Assembly: GCA_028355015.1 (NCBI GenBank)
Contig: JAOMRN010000003.1
Span: forward strand, 48,142 to 112,141
DNA length: 64,000 nt
Source of the DNA: Methanobacteriota archaeon
GTDB lineage: Archaea; Thermoplasmatota; Poseidoniia; Poseidoniales; Thalassarchaeaceae
Direction: 5' to 3'
The position numbers and the translations under genes were made by a program. How positions within the stretch are numbered: position 1 is the stretch's first letter; the number at the start of each line of letters is the position of its first letter. Of this stretch, positions 19,064-29,541 are shown piece after piece. Below the pieces are notes generated by a model, which did not search any database, was not told the DNA's origin, and worked only from the letters and a program-made list of their open reading frames with translations.

Positions 19064-21231
19064 TGACTAACCTGTATCGCAGACCTATTGTGAGTACTCG
19101 TCCAGATCCCACCCCTTGCCGTCCACAAGATCTTGGAAAATTTGAAATTATTCAGAGAGACGGTGCTGCTAGAATTGGTCGTATTCATACTAAACATGGT
19201 TTACTTAATACTCCTATGCTTCTCCCAGTTGTCAACCCAAATATTCGAACAATAGAGCCGAGAGAGATGTGGGATAAGTATCGAGTAGAGGGCCTGATAA
19301 CAAATTCTTATGTTATGTGGAAACACGATGATCTCAGTGAATTTGCTTTAGAAAAGGGGGTCCATGAATTAATTGATTTCCCTGGAGTAATCGTCACTGA
19401 TTCAGGAACGTTCCAATCCTATGTATATGGTGACGTGGAAGTCGGTGTAGAAGAAATAGTTGAATTCCAAAGAGATATTGGTGTGGATATAGGAACTATG
19501 CTCGATGTTTTCGGTCGGCCAGATATGAGTAGAGATGAACTTATTTCTGCAGTTGAGGTTACCGCAGAGAGAGGCCCAATTTCTCTTGAAAAAGCAGGTG
19601 AAGAATTACTCCTTAATGGCCCAATACAAGGTGGCTTACATGATGACCTTAGAGCATTATCCGGTGAATTAATGGGAGGTATTAGGGGCGAATATAGAGG
19701 ATTTACTGTTCATCCGATAGGTGGCATTGTCCCTTTAATGGAAAATCAGAAATATAGAGAATTATTCAAAATTCTTCTCTCAGCGAAGTCTACTATACCT
19801 CCTAATAGACCAATTCATCTATTCGGTTGTGGTCATCCATTACTTTTCCCAATGTCAATAGCACTTGGAGTAGATATTTTCGATTCTGCTGCCTACGCAC
19901 TTTTTGCAAGAGGGGGGCGACTCCTAACACCAACAGGAACAGTCCGCCTCGAAGAAATTAATGAATGGCCATATCAGTCCTCAGAGTTATTTAATTGGAC
20001 TCCTGAAGAGGTTAGAGCATTAGATTCAAAAGAACGAGAAAAAATCTTAGCAAGACATAATCTAGAAGTCACTCAATCAGAATTAGCACGTTGCCGTGAG
20101 GCAGTAAGGAATGGGAAAATATGGAATTTAGCGGAAGAAAGAAGTCATTGCTCTGCCCAGTTAAGGGACGCTTTTTTGTGGATATTAGAACAGTTAGATG
20201 ACCCCGATGAGGGACCTGTTGGAATGTCATCGATGAGGATGATTTCATCTACTAATCCTGTGAGGGGAGGTGGCGAGAATTTAGTTGATGATATTGAAGA
20301 GAGGCCTCATATTTTACATTTTAAATCTTTACTTGCGATGCGATGGAGAATCCCCGGTTCTTGGTGGGATGAGTCATTGGATGTACCTCAAAGAGTGGTT
20401 ATTATTGAAGGTTCTAAACCACCATGGAGGGATAGTTCTCTGCACACCGTAATTTCTTGTTTAACAGATGAGCCAAGGTCAATAGTTCTTATTTCAACTC
20501 CTATCGGTCTAATACCTTACAGTATGGAAGACGTTTCCCCTTGGTGCCATATTGATTGCTCTGATGACGTTTGGGACTTGCCCCTCGATGAAGATGAAAT
20601 AATTCAAGAATTATTTGAGTTAGACCTATCAGATCTCCCATTTATCCGAATTTCTCCGGGGCCTAGCCCTGATGAGCGTATTGAAGGTAGTAAAATAATT
20701 AGAGATTGGCTTGATAGGTGTTCAATTGTAGATAAATTATCAGTTCTCAATGGCGTAACTCCTTCTTTGGGTTGCAAAATCACTTCTGAGATGACAAGTC
20801 GAAGGTCGAAGACAAATAGAATGGTAAACGTTTATTCTGGAGGCGTTCATACTATTTCTCCGAGACTAAATGATGGTGGTATTTCTTTAACATTAGAAGG
20901 TGCGAGAATGATTAACTCAGAATATTCCTCATCCCCTCTTATTTTTGGAGAAGAATTTGAAGGTGATGAATTAGATCACCCTGGGCTTGCTAGAGTTATG
21001 ATTGTTAATGATGCCATACCGTTTGTAGGTCAAGGAAGGAATGTCATGCAAGGCTATGTTTTGGGAGCTGACCCCCATCTTATTCCTGGGCAACCTTGTC
21101 TTGTAGTAGATTCTAATGGCGATTTAGTTGCACACGGTATTGCAATAACTACTGCTAGAGAAATGGCCTATCTTACCAAAGGACTAGCAGTTAGAGTTCG
21201 TGATGGTGCGCTTAAAGATTCAGATGTATAA
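19060..21231 (+). CDS. tgtA: Archaeosine tRNA-guanine transglycosylase (ArcTGT) with C-terminal PUA-type domain
   Basis: N-terminal TGT pattern (RIHTKHGLLNTPMLLPVVNP). 723 aa, longer than typical. Confidence 0.75.
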   Translation: MMTNLYRRPIVSTRPDPTPCRPQDLGKFEIIQRDGAARIGRIHTKHGLLNTPMLLPVVNPNIRTIEPREMWDKYRVEGLITNSYVMWKHDDLSEFALEKGVHELIDFPGVIVTDSGTFQSYVYGDVEVGVEEIVEFQRDIGVDIGTMLDVFGRPDMSRDELISAVEVTAERGPISLEKAGEELLLNGPIQGGLHDDLRALSGELMGGIRGEYRGFTVHPIGGIVPLMENQKYRELFKILLSAKSTIPPNRPIHLFGCGHPLLFPMSIALGVDIFDSAAYALFARGGRLLTPTGTVRLEEINEWPYQSSELFNWTPEEVRALDSKEREKILARHNLEVTQSELARCREAVRNGKIWNLAEERSHCSAQLRDAFLWILEQLDDPDEGPVGMSSMRMISSTNPVRGGGENLVDDIEERPHILHFKSLLAMRWRIPGSWWDESLDVPQRVVIIEGSKPPWRDSSLHTVISCLTDEPRSIVLISTPIGLIPYSMEDVSPWCHIDCSDDVWDLPLDEDEIIQELFELDLSDLPFIRISPGPSPDERIEGSKIIRDWLDRCSIVDKLSVLNGVTPSLGCKITSEMTSRRSKTNRMVNVYSGGVHTISPRLNDGGISLTLEGARMINSEYSSSPLIFGEEFEGDELDHPGLARVMIVNDAIPFVGQGRNVMQGYVLGADPHLIPGQPCLVVDSNGDLVAHGIAITTAREMAYLTKGLAVRVRDGALKDSDV

Positions 21232-21308
21232 TTCAGGTCTTGCAGGCGATTCATTCAATAGCGTAAATTCCAACGAAGTAATGACACCCGTAGGGTGTTG
21301 GTGATATT

Positions 21309-22304
21309 TTGACTGTTGATTCAGATCCTAAATTGGTAATTGAGACCAAAGATTTGGTCAAGATGTATGGTCCTCATATTGCTTTACAAGGCCTGAATTT
21401 GAAACTTCAATCGGGTGCTACAGGAATTCTTGGACCTAATGGTGCAGGTAAATCTACTTTCTTCAAGTGTATCTTAGGTTTGATTACAACTACTTCAGGC
21501 GAGGGTACTGTTTTGGGTTATGATATTAGAACTCAGGGCGATTTAATACGTTCAAAAATTGGATATATGCCTGAATATGACTCCTTGGATCCAGGGTTGT
21601 CTGCAATTGATCAAGTACGTTATTCTGGTGAATTAATTGGGATGAACCCCTCTCAAGCGACCCAAAGGGCACATGAAGTCTTAGAATATGTTGGCCTCAA
21701 AGATCAAAGATATCGTAAAATTGAAACATTTAGTACAGGCATGAAACAAGCAACTAAGCTTGCTTGTGCACTGATACATGATCCAGAAATACTGATCTGT
21801 GATGAACCAACAAATGGTCTTGATCAACGTGCTCGGGATTTTATGTTGCAAACACTTAGGAACACAGTTAATCAAGGTGGTAGAACAGTATTGATGAGTG
21901 GCCACGTTATGGATGATATCCAAGAAGTCTGTGATAACATTGTCATGATTCATAAGGGTAAAATCGTAGTCCATAGGAGAATCGATGAGCTTGCCAAACA
22001 AGTTGATGAAGAAATAGAAATATCTGTTTGGGGCGGTTCATCTAGGATGCAGGACTCTTTAGAATCTAAAGGACTTATAGTCAGACGTCTAGGTAGAGTA
22101 ATGAGGATTAAAGTAGAATCCGAAGAAACAATTTCACTAATTTTAGAATGTGCTGTTGAAAGTGGCGTGCAAGTAAGAAAGATGGGTGAATATGAACCAG
22201 ACTTAGAAGATATTTTCTTGCTCATAATGGATAAATTAGGCGCTGAAGTCAAGAAAACATCCGATCTTATGACTTTTGAGCATACCGGGGAGGCAAATGT
22301 ATGA
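21309..22304 (+). CDS. ABC transporter ATP-binding protein (ABC-2 type)
   Basis: Walker A GPNGAGKST, signature FSTGMKQ, Walker B ILICDEPTNGLD. TTG start in the track. Confidence 0.8.
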   Translation: MTVDSDPKLVIETKDLVKMYGPHIALQGLNLKLQSGATGILGPNGAGKSTFFKCILGLITTTSGEGTVLGYDIRTQGDLIRSKIGYMPEYDSLDPGLSAIDQVRYSGELIGMNPSQATQRAHEVLEYVGLKDQRYRKIETFSTGMKQATKLACALIHDPEILICDEPTNGLDQRARDFMLQTLRNTVNQGGRTVLMSGHVMDDIQEVCDNIVMIHKGKIVVHRRIDELAKQVDEEIEISVWGGSSRMQDSLESKGLIVRRLGRVMRIKVESEETISLILECAVESGVQVRKMGEYEPDLEDIFLLIMDKLGAEVKKTSDLMTFEHTGEANV

Positions 22305-23314
22305 GTGACGATTTGATTGATCTAGGTGGCGGTCAAACACGTATGGAGGTAGCATATGGTTCTGATGATGGAGATACTGATTCTTCAGCAATAGTTGCAA
22401 AGAAAGAAGCGTCTTTAGGAGCTATTTTCGAGCAAAATTATCGTCCATGGAATGGTAATCTTGGCCCTCGATGGGTTAGAAATTATGCGATTTTCCGGCA
22501 TCATGTTTTCGGATTATTCACTTCAAAGGGCCATAGGCATTACAATCCTTTTGTCAGACTAACTATTTTGGTCATATTCATCGGTGCTATATCTCCAATT
22601 GCTATGTTATTTTTCTCATCATTATTTGGCGCAGGCCCTGATAGTTTCATCGACAAAATGTGGGGTATTAATCGTAGTAATTTATGGGGGCAAGTTTTAG
22701 GATATTTTCCCAGAAATTTATGCTATTGGCCATTGCTAACTGCTCTTGTCGTTGGGGGTATGATTTCAGATGATAGAAGAAATGGTACTAGTGCAATATA
22801 TTTCTCTAGGCCGGTGACAAGAGTTGACTATACTTTGATGAAATATTTGAGCGTGGCAGTAGTTTTAGGTTTTGTTATAGTATTTTCTTACTTGGCATAT
22901 TACACACTTGCAATAGTATTCAAAGGAGAAGGTTGGGGATTTTTAATTGACACACTTCCTATGTTTTTATCTGGTTTATTGTGTAGTTTATTACTTGTCA
23001 TAACATATACATCCATTGGTCTTGCATTGTCAAGCATAAGTCAGAGTAGATTTTTTTCAGCGATTGCTTTTTTAAGTATAATATATGGTACGAAGTTAGT
23101 TGCCCTATTAGTCGATCTTCAATTCGATACTTCAATACTATACGTCTTAAGTCCCTATGACTGCCTTGCCCATTTAGGCCAGTGGTTATTGGGTTTAGAA
23201 CTCAATTATTCTCATTCATTATCTCTGTCTGTAGTTTCCTTGATAATGATGAATGTAATTTCAATTATGATATTAATTTCAAGAGTTAGTTCTTTGGAGG
23301 TGACTCGAGAATGA
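22301..23314 (+). CDS. ABC-2 family permease
   Basis: 6 hydrophobic helices, 4-nt overlap with the upstream ATPase gene. Confidence 0.6.
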   Translation: MSDDLIDLGGGQTRMEVAYGSDDGDTDSSAIVAKKEASLGAIFEQNYRPWNGNLGPRWVRNYAIFRHHVFGLFTSKGHRHYNPFVRLTILVIFIGAISPIAMLFFSSLFGAGPDSFIDKMWGINRSNLWGQVLGYFPRNLCYWPLLTALVVGGMISDDRRNGTSAIYFSRPVTRVDYTLMKYLSVAVVLGFVIVFSYLAYYTLAIVFKGEGWGFLIDTLPMFLSGLLCSLLLVITYTSIGLALSSISQSRFFSAIAFLSIIYGTKLVALLVDLQFDTSILYVLSPYDCLAHLGQWLLGLELNYSHSLSLSVVSLIMMNVISIMILISRVSSLEVTRE

Positions 23315-24252
23315 GTGAAGATAATAAAACTCCTTCAGTTATTTTAGAAAATGTTTCAAAATGGTACGGCCAAGTTATGGGAATCAATGATATTTCTTTA
23401 GCAATAGAAGGTGGTGTCACCGGGATACTTGGTCCAAATGGTGCCGGGAAATCTACACTATTCAAATTACTAATGGGTCGTCTAAAGCCGAGTCAAGGCA
23501 ATGTCAAGCTATTTGGAATAGATCCTTGGTCCGATACCTCTCCTTATCGAAGAATAGGTTATGTCAGCGAATCTGAAAGACTTTACGATTGGATGACCGC
23601 TCAGGATTTTGTATCTACACTTGCTAGATTACACGGTATGACCAGAGAAGAAGCAAATGCAAGAGCAGAGCATGTACTTGATTTCGTGGGTCTGCATGAT
23701 GTTCGTCATAAAGAAATCGGGAAGTATAGTAAAGGTATGCGGCAGAGGGTAAAAATTGCTCATGCATTAGTTCATGATCCTGATTTAATAATATTAGATG
23801 AACCATTGCATGGTTGTGACCCCATTGCTCGGACCAGTATAATGAATGTAATTAGGGAACTTGGAAGCCAAGGTAAAACAGTACTTGTATCCAGTCATAT
23901 TCTAGAAGAAATAGAACGAATTACTGAGCAAATAGTTATTCTTCATAATGGGAGACTACTCGCTCTCGGGAACTTATATGCTATTCGTGATCTATTGGAT
24001 AAACATCCTCATAGAATAATGATTACTACGGATGAACCGAGGAAGTTAGCAAGCGCATTTATAGGTGAAGAACCTGTATATGGTGTCAGATTTCCTGAAG
24101 AAGGAAAGTTGGAAATACAGACCAATGATTTATCTGCAGCTCATTCTGTTTTACCTCGGGTTATTGTTGATTCGAAAGTTTCAGTATCTCGGATAGATAA
24201 TCCAGATGATAATTTAGAATCATTACTAGGATACTTAATTGGAGGCACTTAA
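23311..24252 (+). CDS. ABC transporter ATP-binding protein (second ABC-2 type ATPase)
   Basis: Walker A GPNGAGKST, signature YSKGMRQR, Walker B IILDEP. Confidence 0.8.
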   Translation: MSEDNKTPSVILENVSKWYGQVMGINDISLAIEGGVTGILGPNGAGKSTLFKLLMGRLKPSQGNVKLFGIDPWSDTSPYRRIGYVSESERLYDWMTAQDFVSTLARLHGMTREEANARAEHVLDFVGLHDVRHKEIGKYSKGMRQRVKIAHALVHDPDLIILDEPLHGCDPIARTSIMNVIRELGSQGKTVLVSSHILEEIERITEQIVILHNGRLLALGNLYAIRDLLDKHPHRIMITTDEPRKLASAFIGEEPVYGVRFPEEGKLEIQTNDLSAAHSVLPRVIVDSKVSVSRIDNPDDNLESLLGYLIGGT

Positions 24253-25867
24253 TATGGATGATCAGGGTCGAGGTCTCTCAGAAACAGTTTGGACTCAAAT
24301 AGATAGGAAAGCCGGTGCTATAACAGAGTTGACCATACGTCAACTACGTAATCGAATATCAACTTGGGTTGTATTAGGCGTAGGTGTTTTATTGATATCT
24401 TTATTACTTGTATTTTATATAGATTCTATAAGAACAACTTTTGAACCAATAGACAACGATGGTGATAGTGAAGATTGGGACAATGATGGGTATCCTTTAG
24501 GCCAAGAAAGAATCTATGGGACTAGTGATTATGATACTAAAAATTACCCAGGTTCATCAGAATACATTTACCTAGGTGATATTGATTATAATGACCAACC
24601 AAGAACTCATTACGGCAATCATACATGGGTCTCAGTTACTGGATATTTTACACCCACTTGGATTGATAAAGAGGCTGAAAGCCCATTTATTTACTATAAT
24701 TGGATAGATTGGGGAGGTCGAGGAATAGATTGTCCTGATGGGAGTCCTTTTGAAGATTGGACTTATTTCCAGTCTCCGAGTTATTGTGTTCTCGAAAATG
24801 GTACTTATGTGGTATTTGCAGTGAGTTTCGCAGGAGAAGGTGAAATCTCTGTCGAGCCGGGTTGGTCTGCAGAATGGGGCTATATGACTGAGTCATTTTT
24901 TGTTGAGAAACATCCGAAATCAAGGTATATAGATGAAGATCCCATAAATGGCATAGATGATGATGGCGATTGTCTGAGAGATGAATATCTGACAGAAGAT
25001 GAATATCAAGATGATGGCAATAGAAATGGAATAAATTGTGATGTCGAATGGGTTTATGATCAGAATGGTAATTTAGTTTCAATTCAAGCCGATTATAATG
25101 TTGATGAGGACCCAGATGATTCTGAACATATAGGCGAGTCAAGCCACAGAACTTTCATTATTGGTACGGGGAAAATTGCCTTTGTAATGATTCTAGGCCT
25201 TTTCCTACCATTATTTTTGGCTCTAGGATTAGTTAGGGATGAGTCTGAAAATGGAACACTACATTACTTGCTTTCCAAACCTATTCATAGAGGGGAATTT
25301 ATCCTTTATCGACTATTAGGTTATCTCGGTATCGTAGTGTCATATACGGTGATACTTATTTTGATTGTCGCTCTAATTACTTCTCTGATAGGGCCTGGTC
25401 CTTCTATAGTGAGGTTATCTGATTATCCTGTGTGGATGGGTATTGCTCTCGCTACAATTTTGGTCTTAACTGCGTATGGTTCTATTTTCAATACCGTTGG
25501 TTTAGTAATGCCAAAATATGGCGTTTACATCTGTATTCTTTACGGTATATGGGAATTTTTAATGGGGTTATTTACAATCACAATTCCAAATGCAAGTATC
25601 ACAATGCTTTCTGTGTCTCATTGGGCTATTCAGATAATTGATGCAGTAGTCATGATATCTTGGAGTGATACATCTCTAATGCAACAAAAAGCAGAGGCCT
25701 TCGGCTTGGAAACTGGGATCTCCTTTTTCTGGCACCCACCCGTTCATACTTTGGAAACAGGAAATCCATTTGTCGCATTAATAATAAGTGTTGTAATCAT
25801 GTTATCAATTAGTATAGGTATGATTGCTATAGGACAGTTAATCTTTAGAAATAAAGAGATTATGTGA
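24239..25867 (+). CDS. ABC-2 family permease with ~270-aa acidic, Asp-rich extracytoplasmic domain between TM1 and TM2
   Basis: TM1, then DNDGDSEDWDNDGY / DDDGDCLRDE / DDGNRNG Ca-binding-like motifs, then YLLSKPIHRGEF (ABC-2 permease signature) and C-terminal TM helices. Confidence 0.55.
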   Translation: MEALNMDDQGRGLSETVWTQIDRKAGAITELTIRQLRNRISTWVVLGVGVLLISLLLVFYIDSIRTTFEPIDNDGDSEDWDNDGYPLGQERIYGTSDYDTKNYPGSSEYIYLGDIDYNDQPRTHYGNHTWVSVTGYFTPTWIDKEAESPFIYYNWIDWGGRGIDCPDGSPFEDWTYFQSPSYCVLENGTYVVFAVSFAGEGEISVEPGWSAEWGYMTESFFVEKHPKSRYIDEDPINGIDDDGDCLRDEYLTEDEYQDDGNRNGINCDVEWVYDQNGNLVSIQADYNVDEDPDDSEHIGESSHRTFIIGTGKIAFVMILGLFLPLFLALGLVRDESENGTLHYLLSKPIHRGEFILYRLLGYLGIVVSYTVILILIVALITSLIGPGPSIVRLSDYPVWMGIALATILVLTAYGSIFNTVGLVMPKYGVYICILYGIWEFLMGLFTITIPNASITMLSVSHWAIQIIDAVVMISWSDTSLMQQKAEAFGLETGISFFWHPPVHTLETGNPFVALIISVVIMLSISIGMIAIGQLIFRNKEIM

Positions 25868-25876
25868 AGTGTAATT

Positions 25877-27076
25877 ATGGTGGGTGATTCTGATCAATTC
25901 ATAGGAGATTATTCTTCATTATGGCGTTTAGATATGATGCCAAGTTTACCACGTCTCTCATGGTGGTGGTGGTGGGTAATTATTTTCATACCTGATCCCG
26001 ATAACCCTGGTCGTTCTAGACAATTAATGGTTTTATGGTCGTCTAAAGAAACTCCTGCAATTCGCGTTAATGATCATTGGTGGAAACCTGGTTCACGGAT
26101 GAGGGTCGATGAACATGGCGGTCACGTGGTCCCTGGTATGGTATGTTCTTGGTGGTTCGATGGACAAAATATGCATGAGCCATTAATTATTCGTGAGTGT
26201 AAAATGGTTTCAATAGACGATAAGCACCCATTATGGCCGGAAGAAGGTCAAGGGCATGGTTCCGGAGCGGTGGTACCATTGGTTGATGAGGATTTATCTT
26301 TAGGAATGACCAAAGGTAACAAGAAGTTTTGGTTGAATTTAACTAGTGACAAAAAAGCACAACTAAATGGTGCTCCCAAATCAATAACTGCTGAACTAAC
26401 TCCTTGGTGGGGGCCTCCAAGTCGATTGACTTACAAAAATAATGTTTTCTTCTCAGATATGGGTTATGATATCTTAAGAGTCCAGGGCACTAAAGCTTCA
26501 ATCGTAATTGATGATGAAAAATTTGAAGGTACTGGATACTTTCAAAAAGTTAGTGTCCAAGCCCCTACATTCCCTTGGTTTTGGGGTATGTTACATTTTG
26601 ATGATGGTTCATATCTTGACTGGTTCATGCCCCATATCTCATTTTCTTGTTTAAATTTAAATGATAAACCCTGGAAACTCAGAGATATATTTAGAAACCC
26701 TAAAATTGGAACTGGGATATTCCATGATGCTAAGAGAGATAGAACCGAGGAATTCAAAAAATGTACAGTTGAGTTAATTAAACCAGATTCTAGTGATGAA
26801 AATTTATTTGATAATGATGGTAATTCTTTGCCTAAATTCCGAGTGTCTGTTTGGAATGAAAGGACACAGATTGCTCTAGAAGTTAGAGCGGTATCTCGGG
26901 CTAAGTGGACTTTTGATCAGCCAACTAGAGCAGGTATGGTCAGTCATTTAACTTACAATGAATACCCTCTCCAATTATTAAAAATAGTGATTAAAGACGA
27001 AAATGGCACACGCACTAAGTCGGATTATTCTTGGATACACGGTAATGCAGAACATTCTTGGGGTTTCCTTCATTGA
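25877..27076 (+). CDS. hypothetical protein, Trp-rich (WWWWW run), no recognised family
   Basis: Long ORF in AT-rich DNA; LSWWWWWVIIFI segment near the N-terminus. Confidence 0.4.
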   Translation: MVGDSDQFIGDYSSLWRLDMMPSLPRLSWWWWWVIIFIPDPDNPGRSRQLMVLWSSKETPAIRVNDHWWKPGSRMRVDEHGGHVVPGMVCSWWFDGQNMHEPLIIRECKMVSIDDKHPLWPEEGQGHGSGAVVPLVDEDLSLGMTKGNKKFWLNLTSDKKAQLNGAPKSITAELTPWWGPPSRLTYKNNVFFSDMGYDILRVQGTKASIVIDDEKFEGTGYFQKVSVQAPTFPWFWGMLHFDDGSYLDWFMPHISFSCLNLNDKPWKLRDIFRNPKIGTGIFHDAKRDRTEEFKKCTVELIKPDSSDENLFDNDGNSLPKFRVSVWNERTQIALEVRAVSRAKWTFDQPTRAGMVSHLTYNEYPLQLLKIVIKDENGTRTKSDYSWIHGNAEHSWGFLH

Positions 27077-27095
27077 TAATTAAGGTGGTATATTT

Positions 27096-28025
27096 TTGGA
27101 AGATTTAATTTCTAGTTTTAAGTCATTAATTGATGATGAAGAAGTTAGAGGCGATTTTTCTTTTATTTCTGAGAAAGAGGTTCCTATTTGGAAAGGTAAA
27201 CCTACATTTTCATCTTATTTACCAAGATATTTTCTAGCCCTTTTTGTTTTCTTAATTCATTTCTGTTTTTACCGAGTTGCAGTGACAGTTTATGCCGAAG
27301 GAGAGAGCGGATATCTCAATATGGCCATACGTATAATAGATCAATTATTTGATTTAGTAGACGTATTTGCATTTGTCGTTGTTATGATTATATTTGCTAG
27401 GATTAATTATTTCCTTAATTTTACAACATCAACTACCAAAATCTCACTTTTCTTAGTTTTTATAGGTTTGATACCTTCTGCATGGTTTATCATAAATATT
27501 GTCGATTGGTTTTTATTATTAATTGGAAGAGAAGCATTGAATGTACCTGAATGGTTCGATACTTGGTTTTTAGCTCTAGGAATAATAAATTCTTTAATCA
27601 TATTTACTTTCTCAATAATATCTCAATTTTCATATTCTTATGTAATGACTGATAAAAATCTCTATATTCAAAGACGTCAATTTATTTTCTATAAATCTCA
27701 TATCAATATTTCCTTTGAAGATTTAGAAAACCTGATTACTCAACAGTCAATTTTTGGGAAATTAATTGGTATTGGAAATGTTTTACCTATTTTAAAAATT
27801 AACTCAGATGTTTCCCCTAAGGTCAATAATGAAAGAACAGGGATTCAAAAATTCATCTATGTAATCAAATTATTAATTTCTTATAAAAGATCTAGTAAAG
27901 AGATTATATTGCCTCCCTCAGAATGCTTTTTTGGCATTAAACAGCCAATGGTTATTTACGAATTAGCTAATGAATTGATAGATCTGGAAAATGGTAGACC
28001 CGATTTATTAGTTCAAAATGATTAG
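27096..28025 (+). CDS. polytopic membrane protein, hypothetical
   Basis: TTG start in the track; 5-6 hydrophobic helices. Confidence 0.4.
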   Translation: MEDLISSFKSLIDDEEVRGDFSFISEKEVPIWKGKPTFSSYLPRYFLALFVFLIHFCFYRVAVTVYAEGESGYLNMAIRIIDQLFDLVDVFAFVVVMIIFARINYFLNFTTSTTKISLFLVFIGLIPSAWFIINIVDWFLLLIGREALNVPEWFDTWFLALGIINSLIIFTFSIISQFSYSYVMTDKNLYIQRRQFIFYKSHINISFEDLENLITQQSIFGKLIGIGNVLPILKINSDVSPKVNNERTGIQKFIYVIKLLISYKRSSKEIILPPSECFFGIKQPMVIYELANELIDLENGRPDLLVQND

Positions 28026-28096
28026 TTTACTTAAGATTACTATTCCGCACCGTTCTTAATGTAAAAGCCATCGAGAGAGCCATAGAGGGATTCCCT

Positions 28097-28645
28097 ATGT
28101 CGGAAGAAGATATCGTTACAATTGCAGCACAACACATTACAAAAGGAGATTTCATGGGAGCCATGGAAATCTTTGAAGAACATGTTACAAACAATCCAAA
28201 AGATCCTGCTGGGTACCATGGTTGGGCTGAATCAGCAATGTTTGAGATACAAGAAAATGGTAATTTTGATGAAAAAGGCAACGATAGAATTAATGAAGGT
28301 AAAGTTCAATCATACCTTCGTAAGGCTGCAGGTTTAGAACCAGATAATTCTGAATACCAGGCAGCATATGCCAATGCATTAATTGAATTTGATAGAGTTC
28401 CAATGGCGGTAAGAGAGTTTCAGAAACTTATTCAATTAGGTAAGAAATTAGAGGATGTTGATGTATCATTCCATCTTTACGAGGCTGCAAAACAACTTAT
28501 TGATTCAATTGATGTAAAGGTAGGTTACGATAGAAGCGAACAGTTCGCTAGACAATTCATACCAGTTGCTATAGAATTTGCAATTCTTGGACTCGGATTT
28601 TCATCGGTTGACGAAGCAATGGAATATTTGTCTACTGAGGAATAA
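28097..28645 (+). CDS. small TPR-like helical repeat protein, hypothetical
   Basis: Alpha-helical repeats with A/Y/L periodicity. Confidence 0.35.
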   Translation: MSEEDIVTIAAQHITKGDFMGAMEIFEEHVTNNPKDPAGYHGWAESAMFEIQENGNFDEKGNDRINEGKVQSYLRKAAGLEPDNSEYQAAYANALIEFDRVPMAVREFQKLIQLGKKLEDVDVSFHLYEAAKQLIDSIDVKVGYDRSEQFARQFIPVAIEFAILGLGFSSVDEAMEYLSTEE

Positions 28646-28659
28646 TTGGAGGAATCCAA

Positions 28660-29541
28660 TTGAGTCGCGGCCGAATCATGGTCGCTTTTGGATATCATGG
28701 TGACTTGTTCCATGGTTCTCAAATTCAACCTAATGTCCCTACTGTGCAGAAAGCAATTGAGAATGCCCTTAGGAAAGTGAGTTGGTGGAGTGATGGCTGT
28801 TTAGAAATGTCTAGCCGAACTGATGCAGGTGTCAGTGTGAGGATGAATCTAGCTTGTATCGATGTCCCGCTTACAGTTTGGAATGAAGTTGATAAGAAAA
28901 CTATACTTCGTGTATTGAATAACAGGTTCCCAGAGGGATTATGTGCCTGGGATGTCATTAAAGTCGAGTCAAATGTGCGGAGTCGAGCAGCTAAAGCAAG
29001 GACATATTTATTCCGGACAGAATTAATTGAAGAATGGTCTGGTGGCATTGATGAGGAGTTATTTCTTAATGCTTGTAAAATAATTGTCGGGACTCATGAT
29101 TTCACAAATTTCTGTAAGTTAGAAGAGGATAAAAATCCTATTCGGACTATAGAAAAGTGCGAGCCATGGTATTCTTCTGATGGGCGAATAATTGGGATAT
29201 TGATATGTTCTGAGGCTTTTCTCTGGAACCAAGTAAGAAGAATAGCGGCAGCGATTACAGGAGTCGCTACCGGGCGAATCAAATTCAAATCACTTGAATC
29301 TGCGTTAAACAAACCAGATATTCCAATCGATCTAGGGAGAGCACAATCAAATGGGCTTATTTTATGGTCTATTGAGCATCAGTTTTCTCAAGAAATGGGC
29401 TTACATTGTAATCCTGATACACTTGGTTTTTCTATGCCACCTGAGAAAAAATATCGATTTAAGAGATGGTTGTCTATGGCTAAATTAGAAATGGGGTTGT
29501 TATTGGAAAGAGATTGGGAAGATTCACTTAATTCAATTTAA
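28660..29541 (+). CDS. truA: tRNA pseudouridine(38-40) synthase TruA/Pus3-like
   Basis: MVAFGYHGDLFHGSQIQP...SRTDAGVS (catalytic Asp motif RTDxGV). Confidence 0.75.
   Translation: MSRGRIMVAFGYHGDLFHGSQIQPNVPTVQKAIENALRKVSWWSDGCLEMSSRTDAGVSVRMNLACIDVPLTVWNEVDKKTILRVLNNRFPEGLCAWDVIKVESNVRSRAAKARTYLFRTELIEEWSGGIDEELFLNACKIIVGTHDFTNFCKLEEDKNPIRTIEKCEPWYSSDGRIIGILICSEAFLWNQVRRIAAAITGVATGRIKFKSLESALNKPDIPIDLGRAQSNGLILWSIEHQFSQEMGLHCNPDTLGFSMPPEKKYRFKRWLSMAKLEMGLLLERDWEDSLNSI

Noticed and set aside
24687-25142. 151-aa minus-strand ORF inside the ABC-2 permease gene. Similar antisense ORFs occur at 43151..43759 (in grpE), 44293..44715 (in ABCE1), 48318..48782 (in sucD) and 58043..58489 (in oppC)
   Set aside because: They are fully embedded antisense to strongly supported genes and have low-complexity, His/Ser/Pro-rich translations. 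They are shadow ORFs.
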